A stretch of DNA of 64,000 nucleotides from Eledone cirrhosa (Eukaryota). The stretch covers positions 1,054,001 through 1,118,000 of the forward strand of contig OZ024745.1 in NCBI GenBank assembly GCA_964016885.1. The letters are read 5' to 3'. A program made the translations under genes and the position numbers. Below, piece by piece: positions 44,801 to 57,596 of the stretch (position 1 is the first letter of the stretch; every line of letters begins with the position of its first letter). A model generated the notes under the pieces. It was not told the origin of the DNA. It saw only the letters and a list, made by a program, of their open reading frames with translations, and did not search any database.

Positions 44801-47800
44801 CTACAGTAGCTATAATATATACTACTACTACTACTACTACTACAGTAGCTATAATAGATGCTACTACTACTACTACTACAGTAGCTATAATAGATGCTAC
44901 TACTACTACTACTACAGTAGCTATAATATATACTACTACTACTACTACAGTAGCTATAATAGATACTACTACTACTACTACAGTAGCTATAATATATACT
45001 ACTACTACTACTACTACAGTAGCTATAATATATACTACTACTACTACTACAGTAGCTATAATAGATGCTACTACTACTACTACAGTAGCTATAATATATA
45101 CTACTACTACTACTACTACTACAGTAGCTATAATATATACTACTACTACTACTACAGTAGCTATAATATATACTACTACTACTACTACTACAGTAGCTAT
45201 AATAGATGCTACTACTACTACTACTACAGTAGCTATAATAGATGCTACTACTACTACTACTACAGTAGCTATAATATATACTACTACTACTACTACTACA
45301 GTAGCTATAATAGATACTACTACTACTACTACAGTAGCTATAATATATACTACTACTACTACTACAGTAGCTATAATAGATGCTACTACTACTACTACTA
45401 CAGTAGCTATAATAGATGCTACTACTACTACTACTACTACTACAGTAGCTATAATAGATGCTACTACTACTACTACTACAGTAGCTATAATAGATGCTAC
45501 TACTACTACTACTACTACTACAGTAGCTATAATAGATGCTACTACTACTACTACTACAGTAGCTATAATAGATGCTACTACTACTACTACTACAGTAGCT
45601 ATAATAGATGCTACTACTACTACTACTACAGTAGCTATAATAGATACTACTACTACTACTACTACTACAGTAGCTATAATAGATGCTACTACTACTACTA
45701 CTACAGTAGCTATAATAGATGCTACTACTACTACTACAGTAGCTATAATATATACTACTACTACTACTACAGTAGCTATAATAGATGCTACTACTACTAC
45801 TACTACTACAGTAGCTATAATAGATGCTACTACTACTACTACTACAGTAGCTATAATAGATGCTACTACTACTACTACTACAGTAGCTATAATATATACT
45901 ACTACTACTACTACAGTAGCTATAATAGATGCTACTACTACTACTACTACAGTAGCTATAATATATACTACTACTACTACTACAGTAGCTATAATAGATG
46001 CTACTACTACTACTACTACAGTAGCTATAATAGATGCTACTACTACTACTACTACTACAGTAGCTATAATAGATACTACTACTACTACTACTACAGTAGC
46101 TATAATAGATGCTACTACTACTACTACTACAGTAGCTATAATAGATGCTACTACTACTACTACTACAGTAGCTATAATAGATGCTACTACTACTACTACT
46201 ACAGTAGCTATAATATATACTACTACTACTACTACTACAGTAGCTATAATAGATGCTACTACTACTACTACTACAGTAGCTATAATAGATGCTACTACTA
46301 CTACTACTACAGTAGCTATAATATATACTACTACTACTACTACTACAGTAGCTATAATAGATGCTACTACTACTACTACTACAGTAGCTATAATATATAC
46401 TACTACTACTACTACTACAGTAGCTATAATAGATGCTACTACTACTACTACTACTACAGTAGCTATAATAGATACTACTACTACTACTACTACTACAGTA
46501 GCTATAATAGATACTACTACTACTACTACTACTACAGTAGCTATAATAGATGCTACTACTACTACTACAGTAGCTATAATAGATACTACTACTACTACTA
46601 CTACTACAGTAGCTATAATAGATGCTACTACTACTACTACAGTAGCTATAATAGATACTACTACTACTACTACTACAGTAGCTATAATAGATGCTACTAC
46701 TACTACTACAGTAGCTATAATAGATGCTACTACTACTACTACTACAGTAGCTATAATAGATGCTACTACTACTACTACAGTAGCTATAATAGATACTACT
46801 ACTACTACTACTACTACAGTAGCTATAATAGATGCTACTACTACTACTACTACAGTAGCTATAATAGATGCTACTACTACTACTACAGTAGCTATAATAT
46901 ATACTACGACAACTACTACTACAGTAGCTATAATAGATGCTACTACTACTACTACTACAGTAGCTATAATAGATGCTACTACTACTACTACTACAGTAGC
47001 TATAATAGATGCTACTACTACTACTACTACTACTACAGTAGCTATAATAGATACTACTACTACTACTACAGTAGCTATAATAGATGCTACTACTACTACT
47101 ACTACAGTAGCTATAATAGATGCTACTACTACTACTACTACTACAGTAGCTATAATAGATACTACTACTACTACTACAGTAGCTATAATATATACTACTA
47201 CTACTACTACAGTAGCTATAATAGATGCTACTACTACTACTACTACTACAGTAGCTATAATACATACTACTACTACTACTACAGTAGCTATAATAGATAC
47301 TACTACTACTACTACAGTAGCTATAATAGATGCTACTACTACTACTACTACAGTAGCTATAATAGATGCTACTACTACTACTACTACAGTAGCTATAATA
47401 TATACTACTACTACTACTACAGTAGTTATAATATATACTACTACTACTACTACAGTAGCTATAATATATACTACTACTACTACTACAGTAGCTATAATAG
47501 ATACTACTACTACTACTACTACTACAGTAGCTATAATAGATGCTACTACTACTACTACTACAGTAGCTATAATAGATGCTACTACTACTACTACAGTAGC
47601 TATAATAGATGCTACTACTACTACTACTACAGTAGCTATAATAGATACTACTACTACTACTACTACTACAGTAGCTATAATATATACTACTACTACTACT
47701 ACTACTACAGTAGCTATAATAGATGCTACTACTACTACTACTACAGTAGCTATAATAGATGCTACTACTACTACTACTACAGTAGCTATAATAGATGCTA

Positions 47801-50800
47801 CTACTACTACTACAGTAGCTATAATAGATGCTACTACTACTACTACTACTACTACTACAGTAGCTATAATAGATGCTACTACTACTACTACAGTAGCTAT
47901 AATAGATGCTACTACTACTACTACAGTAGCTATAATAGATACTACTACTACTACTACTACTACAGTAGCTATAATAGATACTACTACTACTACTACAGTA
48001 GCTATAATAGATGCTACTACTACTACTACTACAGTAGCTATAATAGATACTACTACTACTACTACTACTACAGTAGCTATAATAGATGCTACTACTACTA
48101 CTACTACAGTAGCTATAATATATACTACTACTACTACTACAGTAGCTATAATAGATGCTACTACTACTACTACTACAGTAGCTATAATAGATACTACTAC
48201 TACTACTACAGTAGCTATAATAGATGCTACTACTACTACTACTACAGTAGCTATAATAGATACTACTACTACTACTACTACTACAGTAGCTATAATAGAT
48301 GCTACTACTACTACTACTACTACAGTAGCTATAATATATACTACTACTACTACTACAGTAGCTATAATAGATGCTACTACTACTACTACTACAGTAGCTA
48401 TAATAGATGCTACTACTACTACTACAGTAGCTATAATAGATACTACTACTACTACTACTACTACAGTAGCTATAATAGATGCTACTACTACTACTACAGT
48501 AGTTATAATAGATGCTACTACTACTACTACTACTACAGTAGCTATAATAGATGCTACTACTACTACTACTACAGTAGCTATAATAGATGCTACTACTACT
48601 ACTACAGTAGCTATAATAGATGCTACTACTACTACTACTACAGTAGCTATAATAGATACTACTACTACTACTACTACTACAGTAGCTATAATAGATGCTA
48701 CTACTACTACTACAGTAGCTATAATAGATGCTACTACTACTACTACAGTAGCTATAATAGATGCTACTACTACTACTACTACAGTAGCTATAATAGATAC
48801 TACTACTACTACTACTACTACAGTAGCTATAATAGATGCTACTACTACTACTACAGTAGCTATAATAGATACTACTACTACTACTACTACTACAGTAGCT
48901 ATAATAGATGCTACTACTACTACTACTACAGTAGCTATAATAGATACTACTACTACTACTACTACTACAGTAGCTATAATAGATGCTACTACTACTACTA
49001 CTACAGTAGCTATAATAGATACTACTACTACTACTACTACTACAGTAGCTATAATAGATGCTACTACTACTACTACAGTAGCTATAATAGATGCTACTAC
49101 TACTACTACAGTAGCTATAATAGATGCTACTACTACTACTACTACTACAGTAGCTATAATAGATACTACTACTACTACTACTACAGTAGCTATAATAGAT
49201 GCTACTACTACTACTACAGTAGCTATAATAGATGCTACTACTACTACTACTACTACAGTAGCTATAATAGATGCTACTACTACTACTACTACAGTAGCTA
49301 TAATAGATACTACTACTACTACTACTACTACAGTAGCTATAATAGATACTACTACTACTACTACAGTAGCTATAATAGATGCTACTACTACTACTACAGT
49401 AGCTATAATAGATACTACTACTACTACTACAGTAGCTATAATAGATGCTACTACTACTACTACTACAGTAGCTATAATAGATGCTACTACTACTACTACT
49501 ACAGTAGCTATAATAGATGCTACTACTACTACTACAGTAGCTATAATAGATGCTACTACTACTACTACAGTAGCTATAATAGATACTACTACTACTACTA
49601 CTACTACAGTAGCTATAATAGATGCTACTACTACTACTACAGTAGTTATAATAGATGCTACTACTACTACTACTACTACAGTAGCTATAATAGATGCTAC
49701 TACTACTACTACTACTACTACAGTAGCTATAATAGATGCTACTACTACTACTACTACAGTAGCTATAATAGATGCTACTACTACTACTACTACAGTAGCT
49801 ATAATAGATACTACTACTACTACTACAGTAGCTATAATAGATGCTACTACTACTACTACTACAGTAGCTATAATAGATGCTACTACTACTACTACTACAG
49901 TAGCTATAATATATACTACTACTACTACTACAGTAGCTATAATAGATGCTACTACTACTACTACTACAGTAGCTATAATATATACTACTACTACTACTAC
50001 TACAGTAGCTATAATATATACTACTACTACTACTACAGTAGCTATAATAGATGCTACTACTACTACTACTACAGTAGCTATAATATATACTACTACTACT
50101 ACTACAGTAGCTATAATAGATGCTACTACTACTACTACTACTACAGTAGCTATAATAGATGCTACTACTACTACTACTACAGTAGCTATAATAGATGCTA
50201 CTACTACTACTACAGTAGCTATAATAGATACTACTACTACTACTACTACAGTAGCTATAATAGATGCTACTACTACTACTACTACAGTAGCTATAATAGA
50301 TGCTACTACTACTACTACTACTACAGTAGCTATAATAGATGCTACTACTACTACTACAGTAGCTATAATAGATGCTACTACTACTACTACTACTACAGTA
50401 GCTATAATAGATGCTACTACTACTACTACAGTAGCTATAATAGATGCTACTACTACTACTACTACAGTAGCTATAATATATACTACTACTACTACTACAG
50501 TAGCTATAATAGATGCTACTACTACTACTACAGTAGCTATAATAGATGCTACTACTACTACTACTACTACAGTAGCTATAATAGATGCTACTACTACTAC
50601 TACAGTAGCTATAATAGATGCTACTACTACTACTACTACTACTACAGTAGCTATAATAGATGCTACTACTACTACTACAGTAGCTATAATAGATGCTACT
50701 ACTACTACTACTACTACAGTAGCTATAATAGATGCTACTACTACTACTACTACTACAGTAGCTATAATAGATGCTACTACTACTACTACTACAGTAGCTA

Positions 50801-53371
50801 TAATAGATGCTACTACTACTACTACTACTACTACAGTAGCTATAATAGATACTACTACTACTACTACAGTAGCTATAATAGATGCTACTACTACTACTAC
50901 TACAGTAGCTATAATAGATACTACTACTACTACTACAGTAGCTATAATAGATGCTACTACTACTACTACTACTACTACTACAGTAGCTATAATAGATGCT
51001 ACTACTACTACTACAGTAGCTATAATAGATGCTACTACTACTACTACTACTACAGTAGCTATAATAGATGCTACTACTACTACTACTACAGTAGCTATAA
51101 TAGATACTACTACTACTACTACAGTAGCTATAATAGATGCTACTACTACTACTACTACAGTAGCTATAATAGATGCTACTACTACTACTACTACTACTAC
51201 AGTAGCTATAATAGATACTACTACTACTACTACTACAGTAGCTATAATAGATACTACTACTACTACTACTACTACAGTAGCTATAATAGATGCTACTACT
51301 ACTACTACTACTACAGTAGCTATAATAGATGCTACTACTACTACTACTACAGTAGCTATAATAGATGCTACTACTACTACTACTACAGTAGCTATAATAG
51401 ATGCTACTACTACTACTACTACTACAGTAGCTATAATAGATGCTACTACTACTACTACTACAGTAGCTATAATAGATGCTACTACTACTACTACTACTAC
51501 TACAGTAGCTATAATATATACTACTACTACTACTACAGTAGCTATAATATATACTACTACTACTACTACAGTAGCTATAATATATACTACTACTACTACT
51601 ACAGTAGCTATAATAGATGCTACTACTACTACTACAGTAGCTATAATATATACTACTACTACTACTACAGTAGCTATAATAGATGCTACTACTACTACTA
51701 CTACAGTAGCTATAATAGATGCTACTACTACTACTATTACTACTACAGTAGCTATAATAGATACTACTACTACTACTACAGTAGCTATAATAGATACTAC
51801 TACTACTACTACAGTAGCTATAATAGATACTACTACTACTACTACTACTACAGTAGCTATAATAGATGCTACTACTACTACTACTACAGTAGCTATAATA
51901 GATACTACTACTACTACTACTACAGTAGCTATAATAGATGCTACTACTACTACTACTACAGTAGCTATAATAGATGCTACTACTACTACTACTACAGTAG
52001 CTATAATAGATGCTACTACTACTACTACTACAGTAGCTATAATAGATGCTACTACTACTACTACTACAGTAGCTATAATATATACTACTACTACTACTAC
52101 AGTAGCTATAATATATACTACTACTACTACTACAGTAGCTATAATAGATGCTACTACTACTACTACAGTAGCTATAATATATACTACTACTACTACTACA
52201 GTAGCTATAATAGATGCTACTACTACTACTACTACAGTAGCTATAATAGATGCTACTACTACTACTACAGTAGCTATAATAGATGCTACTACTACTACTA
52301 CAGTAGCTATAATAGATGCTACTACTACTACTACTACAGTAGCTATAATAGATGCTACTACTACTACTACAGTAGCTATAATAGATGCTACTACTACTAC
52401 TACTACTACAGTAGCTATAATAGATGCTACTACTACTACTACTACAGTAGCTATAATAGATGCTACTACTACTACTACTACAGTAGCTATAATAGATGCT
52501 ACTACTACTACTACTACTACAGTAGCTATAATAGATGCTACTACTACTACTACTACAGTAGCTATAATAGATGCTACTACTACTACTACTACTACAGTAG
52601 CTATAATAGATGCTACTACTACTACTACTACAGTAGCTATAATAGATGCTACTACTACTACTACTACAGTAGCTATAATAGATACTACTACTACTACTAC
52701 TACTACAGTAGCTATAATAGATGCTACTACTACTACTACTACAGTAGCTATAATAGATGCTACTACTACTACTACAGTAGCTATAATAGATGCTACTACT
52801 ACTACTACTACTACTACAGTAGCTATAATAGATGCTACTACTACTACTACAGTAGCTATAATATATACTACTACTACTACTACTACTACAGTAGCTATAA
52901 TAGATGCTACTACTACTACTACAGTAGCTATAATAGATGCTACTACTACTACTACTACAGTAGCTATAATAGATACTACTACTACTACTACAGTAGCTAT
53001 AATAGATACTACTACTACTACTACAGTAGTTATAATAGATGCTACTACTACTACTACAGTAGCTATAATAGATACTACTACTACTACTACAGTAGCTATA
53101 ATAGATACTACTACTACTACTACAGTAGTTATAATAGATGCTACTACTACTACTACAGTAGCTATAATAGATACTACTACTACTACTACAGTAGCTATAA
53201 TAGATACTACTACTACTACTACAGTAGTTATAATAGATGCTACTACTACTACTACTACTACTACAGTAGCTATAATAGATACTACTACTACTACAGTAGC
53301 TATAATAGACAGTACTACTACTACTACTGTTACTACTACTACTACTACATTACAGTGGCTATAATAGACAG

Positions 53372-53407
<36 letters not shown>

Positions 53408-53456
53408 ATTACAGTAGCTATAATAGATAGTACTACTACTACTACTACATTACAGT
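41841..53456. repeat. 11.6-kb compound micro/minisatellite: AGTAGCTATAATA(G/T)AT(G/A)C + (TAC)n
   Basis: Fixed spacer plus a variable number of TAC triplets; roughly 330 units, mostly 33-39 bp. The last units at 53.3-53.45 kb are diverged. Confidence 0.98.
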
Positions 53457-53897
53457 GATTAAACCAGAGTAAAGTAGCTTGTTAGTCATTATAGTACTAT
53501 TATCACAAAAAAAGTCACCCACAACACTACTGTGACTATTGCAAAGAAATATGAGAATTTTCTCCTGAAACTTTAAAGACTAATTTTACATCTACAAGGT
53601 AATATTCCAACAATTTTGTTATTTTTAACATCTAATATCCTATTACTATAGCTATAGTCTCGAAAAAAAAACAAAAAAAACAACTCGGCTTTCTAAATCT
53701 AGCCTATATTACGAAAGCCAAGATACTAGTGTACTGAAAGTACTTGGTGAATCTGAGATATAAGGAATTTACTCTTTCTTAGAGCCATCACTTTCAATAC
53801 CTGTGATATCATTAAGATATGTTGCAGCAACGTAAGCAAGTTAAATCTATAGTTTTTGTTAGGAGTGAGAAATCTTAACATATGATTTCTCACTGAC

Positions 53898-53939
53898 CTT
53901 CTTTTGTTGCTGAGAACTTTCTTGCTTTCATTTCTTGAT
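53898..53939 (-). CDS. Candidate 42-nt symmetric cassette exon of the GKAP1-like gene: NQEMKARKFSATKE
   Basis: Minus-strand acceptor cattctgtcttatatAG and strong donor AAG|GTCAGT. Phase 1-1, open in the frame set by the flanking exons, purine-rich. It is not needed for the GKAP1 match. Confidence 0.4.
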
Positions 53940-54189
53940 CTATATAAGACAGAATGTACATCCAGCCCTCACCCAGTGAGATATGCTATTTTCAAGATTC
54001 AACCTGTCCATTCTTCCAAAATAGGAACAAAATACAAGTTCTTAATTCAGATATCATCAATGATCAAATCACACCTGAAATTCGTTAAATCTTTTTTCTC
54101 AAAAGATAAAAAATATAGATTCAACAATAGAAAACTACAGGTGTTAAAAAAAGTGCAGCATTTAAGTCAACATCGATTATTTCAGAAGA

Positions 54190-56094
54190 ATGAATGATAG
54201 TGAAAGAGTAGAAGTGAGAGGAAGGAAGAAATGGAATAAGGGCAAACAAATGAGGAATAGCAAAAATACTCAAGTAAAGTCAAATTCTGTAAACAGAGAA
54301 ACAGGTCCGGAAACTACACGTGGAACATGTCTGGCAACTGTATGCATACCATACCAGGAAACTATATCTGAAACAAAGCCTACAACTACATCTGGAGCAG
54401 GTCCAACTACATCTGGAACAGGTCCAACAAATGTGAAAAATACTCAAGTAAAATCAAACTCTGCAAACAGAAAAACAAGAGCTATAACTGCAGCAGACTA
54501 TATCAAACATATAACGGAAGTACGTCAAACTACATCTGGAGGGTGTCAAACAACATCTGGAACAGGTCCAACAACTACATCTGGAACAGGTCCAACAACT
54601 ACATCTGGAACAGGGTCAACAACTACATCTGGAGCAGGTCCAACAACTACATCTGGGACAGTGATAAAGAAGAAACGTAATAGGAAACGAAACCCAACAA
54701 ATGTGAAAAATACTCAAGTAAAATCAAACTCTGCAAACAGAAAAACAAGAGCTATAACTGCAGCAGACTATATCAAACGTATAACGAAAGAACGTCAAAC
54801 TACACCTGGAACATGTCTGGCAAATATACATGTACCATATCCAGAAACTACATCTGGAGGGTGTCAAACAACATCTGGAACAGGGCCAACAACTACATCT
54901 GGAACAGCAACAACTACATCTGGAACAGGTTCAACAACTACATCTGGAACAGGTCCAACAACTACATCTGGAACAGGTCCAACTACATCTAGAGCAGGTC
55001 CAACAACTACATCTGGGACAGTGATAAAGAAACGTAATAGGAAACGAAACCCAACAAATGTGAAAAATACTCAAGTAAAATCAAACTCTGCAAACAGAAA
55101 AACAAGAGCTATAACTGCAGCAGAATATATCAAACATATAACGGAAGTACGTCAAACTACATCTGGAGGGTGTCAAACAACATCTGAAACAGGGTCAACA
55201 ACTACATCTGGAGCAGGTCCAACAAATGTGAAAAATAGTCAAGTAAAATCAAACTCTGCAAACAGAAAAACAAGAGCTATAACTGCAGCAGACTATATCA
55301 AACGTATAATGGAAGTACGTCAAACTACATCTGGAGGATGTCAAACAACATCTGGAACAGGTCCAACAACTACATCTGGAACAAGTCCAATAACTACATC
55401 TGGGACAGTGATAAAGAAGAAACGTAATAGGAAACGAAACCCAACAAATGTGAAAAATACTCAAGTAAAATCAAACTCTGCAAACAGAAAAACAAGAGCT
55501 ATAACTGCAGCAGACTATATCAAACGTATAACGAAAGAACGTCAAACTACATCTGGAGGGTGTCAAACATCTGAAACAGGGTCAACAACTACATCTGGAG
55601 CAGGTCCAACAACTACATCTGGAGCAGGTCCAACAACTATACATGTACCGTATCCAGAAACTACATCTGGAGGGTGTCAAACAACATCTGGAACAGGTCC
55701 AACAACTACATCTGGAACATGTCTGGCAACTATAGATGTACCATATCCAGAAACTACATCTGGAACAGGTCCAACAACTACATCTGGAACATGTCTGGCA
55801 ACTATAGATGTACCATATCCAGAAACTACATCTGGAACAGGTCCAACAACTACATCTGGAACATGTCTGGCAACTATAGATGTACCATATCCAGAAACTA
55901 CATCTGGAGTAGGGTCTACAACTACATCTGGAGGGTGTATAACAAGTCCTCAAACTACATGTAAAACATCGTCAATGAGGCAGAGTAGTTCCAGCAATGT
56001 AATGGATACTTCAAGTGTCAATAATGCTCAATGTGCCAAACAAGAAATATGTTGTCCAGATAAATCTAAAGAGTCTCAGTGTGTGATTGTTTAA
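54190..56094 (+). CDS. Uncharacterised 634-aa Thr/Ser/Gly-rich modular repeat protein with basic clusters and C-terminal CaaX (CVIV); nested antisense in GKAP1-like intron
   Basis: 1905-nt uninterrupted ATG-TAA ORF. Several distinct modules are interleaved with in-frame length changes and synonymous variants. Both termini are non-repetitive. A possible acceptor ttatttcAG lies at 54177-54185. Confidence 0.6.
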   Translation: MNDSERVEVRGRKKWNKGKQMRNSKNTQVKSNSVNRETGPETTRGTCLATVCIPYQETISETKPTTTSGAGPTTSGTGPTNVKNTQVKSNSANRKTRAITAADYIKHITEVRQTTSGGCQTTSGTGPTTTSGTGPTTTSGTGSTTTSGAGPTTTSGTVIKKKRNRKRNPTNVKNTQVKSNSANRKTRAITAADYIKRITKERQTTPGTCLANIHVPYPETTSGGCQTTSGTGPTTTSGTATTTSGTGSTTTSGTGPTTTSGTGPTTSRAGPTTTSGTVIKKRNRKRNPTNVKNTQVKSNSANRKTRAITAAEYIKHITEVRQTTSGGCQTTSETGSTTTSGAGPTNVKNSQVKSNSANRKTRAITAADYIKRIMEVRQTTSGGCQTTSGTGPTTTSGTSPITTSGTVIKKKRNRKRNPTNVKNTQVKSNSANRKTRAITAADYIKRITKERQTTSGGCQTSETGSTTTSGAGPTTTSGAGPTTIHVPYPETTSGGCQTTSGTGPTTTSGTCLATIDVPYPETTSGTGPTTTSGTCLATIDVPYPETTSGTGPTTTSGTCLATIDVPYPETTSGVGSTTTSGGCITSPQTTCKTSSMRQSSSSNVMDTSSVNNAQCAKQEICCPDKSKESQCVIV

Positions 56095-56292
56095 CTCTTT
56101 AGCATTTAAACCAGCCAGAATTCTCTCAACTCTTTCTGTTCTAACCAGCTGTAATTGGCCATTCATACTGATGCTAAGGTATTGTTCTCAAAATAAATGA
56201 CATCAAAATTTCATAGATTCAATATTATGTGAGATATTGCATTTACCATGAAAATATAATAGTAAATATAGAGTAATGTAAATGTTAAAGTG
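56095..56292. mobile_element. piggyBac-type MITE, TTAA TSD
   Basis: TTAA at 56091-56094 and 56293-56296; TIRs CTCTTTAGCATTTA / TAAATGTTAAAGTG. Confidence 0.85.
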
Positions 56293-56584
56293 TTAAGCAG
56301 TTTCCTAGTTTCTTTAAACTAAGCCTTGTGACTTTCTTCAATACAGCTTGCTTTATTTTACAACTAAAATCGAACTCTTAGTCAAATCTTTTTGTATTAA
56401 TGTGAAACTTGCAACATCTATACATGTTTCTTCCTGTTTAATTTCTTCCTATTTTCATGGACGAAATCACAAACTCAGTCCTGATCCAATATTGGAACTA
56501 ACAAAATAATATCAAGCCTGTGATTACACAAAATATCCTACAAAACTCATAACATTGTTGTGGAGGTGGAAAGATTTTCATTAA

Positions 56585-56793
56585 CTCTTTAGCATTTAAA
56601 CCGTCCAGAATTCTCTCACCTTTCTCTTCAAACTAACCATAAGCGGCCACTCATGTTGATGTTAAAGTATTGTTCTCAAAATAAATAATATCAAAATCTC
56701 AGGGATTAAATATTATGTGAAATAATTATGTGAGGTAAAGACTTTACTGTGAAAATACAATAGTATATATAGAGTAATGTAAATGTTGAAGGG
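56585..56793. mobile_element. piggyBac-type MITE, TTAA TSD
   Basis: TTAA at 56581-56584 and 56794-56797; TIRs CTCTTTAGCATTTA / TAAATGTTGAAGGG. Confidence 0.85.
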
Positions 56794-56819
56794 TTAACAA
56801 GTTATGTGCACCAGCTTCA

Positions 56820-57210
56820 GCATTCGGAAATTAGAAGGGAGGTAAGCATAAAAGTCAAACTATCTTCAATTTGGTATTCGTGCCAACCCTTACCTATGGT
56901 TATGAACCTTGGGTAATGATGAAAGAGTATGATTATGAATATTCCTCTGAAGGGTCTTTGGAGTTCTCTGAATTGAGACATCACAGCTCTAATACTATGG
57001 AAAGAATCGCTGAACAGATTTTACAGGCAAAACCAACTGGCAGGAGACCCAGGGGTAGACCCCAAACAAAATGGTTGAATAACATCCATGAACTCGGGTG
57101 GTCTCGCTTGGTCTCGGAGATGGTTGCTTCTGACAGGACCTGCTGGAAGAAGTCTTTGAGGACTCTGCCCCCATGACCCTCTCAGGAATAAGTGGGCAAA
57201 GAAGAAAAAG
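56820..57210 (+). mobile_element. Degenerate LINE (RTE-like) ORF2 C-terminal fragment
   Basis: PTLTYGYEPW and ERIAEQILQAKPTGRRPRGRPQTKWLNNI are typical RTE-clade post-RT motifs; internally deleted. Confidence 0.75.
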
Positions 57211-57596
57211 TTATATTGTAAGCTCCTGCTGGTCATATTAAAAGATTTGTAAATTGAAACAAAATAATAATGGAAATAGTCAAAAATAATTAATGTCTTA
57301 GGTCTACTACGAAAGGTTTGGTCAAATTAAAGCAATTGTTGTCAAAAGCTAGAGAATATTTCTCTTTTAAAAATATATAGATTAACCCTTTCGTTACTAT
57401 ATTTCCAACTAAAATATCTCTGCACCCATCCCCTGGTTTCAAATAAATTCTCAAATAAAGTATTTAGACAGGTTTCATAAAACAACTATAACTTTTTTTG
57501 TTTATTGATTATATGAACAAGCTCTTTGGAACAGAACTTAACAAAAGGTTCTTAAATAAATCTATTATATAATTTTTGTTTAAAAAAAACTAATTA

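Noticed and set aside
41764-47265. 1833-aa Ser/Tyr/Cys protein as a real gene
   Set aside because: Pure microsatellite translation. The ATG is a single point variant in mid-array, there are no unique domains, and it lies inside an intron.
53904-54197. 97-aa ORF upstream of the CaaX ORF
   Set aside because: TTG start, no recognisable motif, AT-rich composition.
54830-55964. Overlapping alternative-frame and antisense ORFs (QQLHLE, SRCSCW, NNYIW repeats)
   Set aside because: Shadows of the triplet-periodic repeats in the 634-aa ORF.
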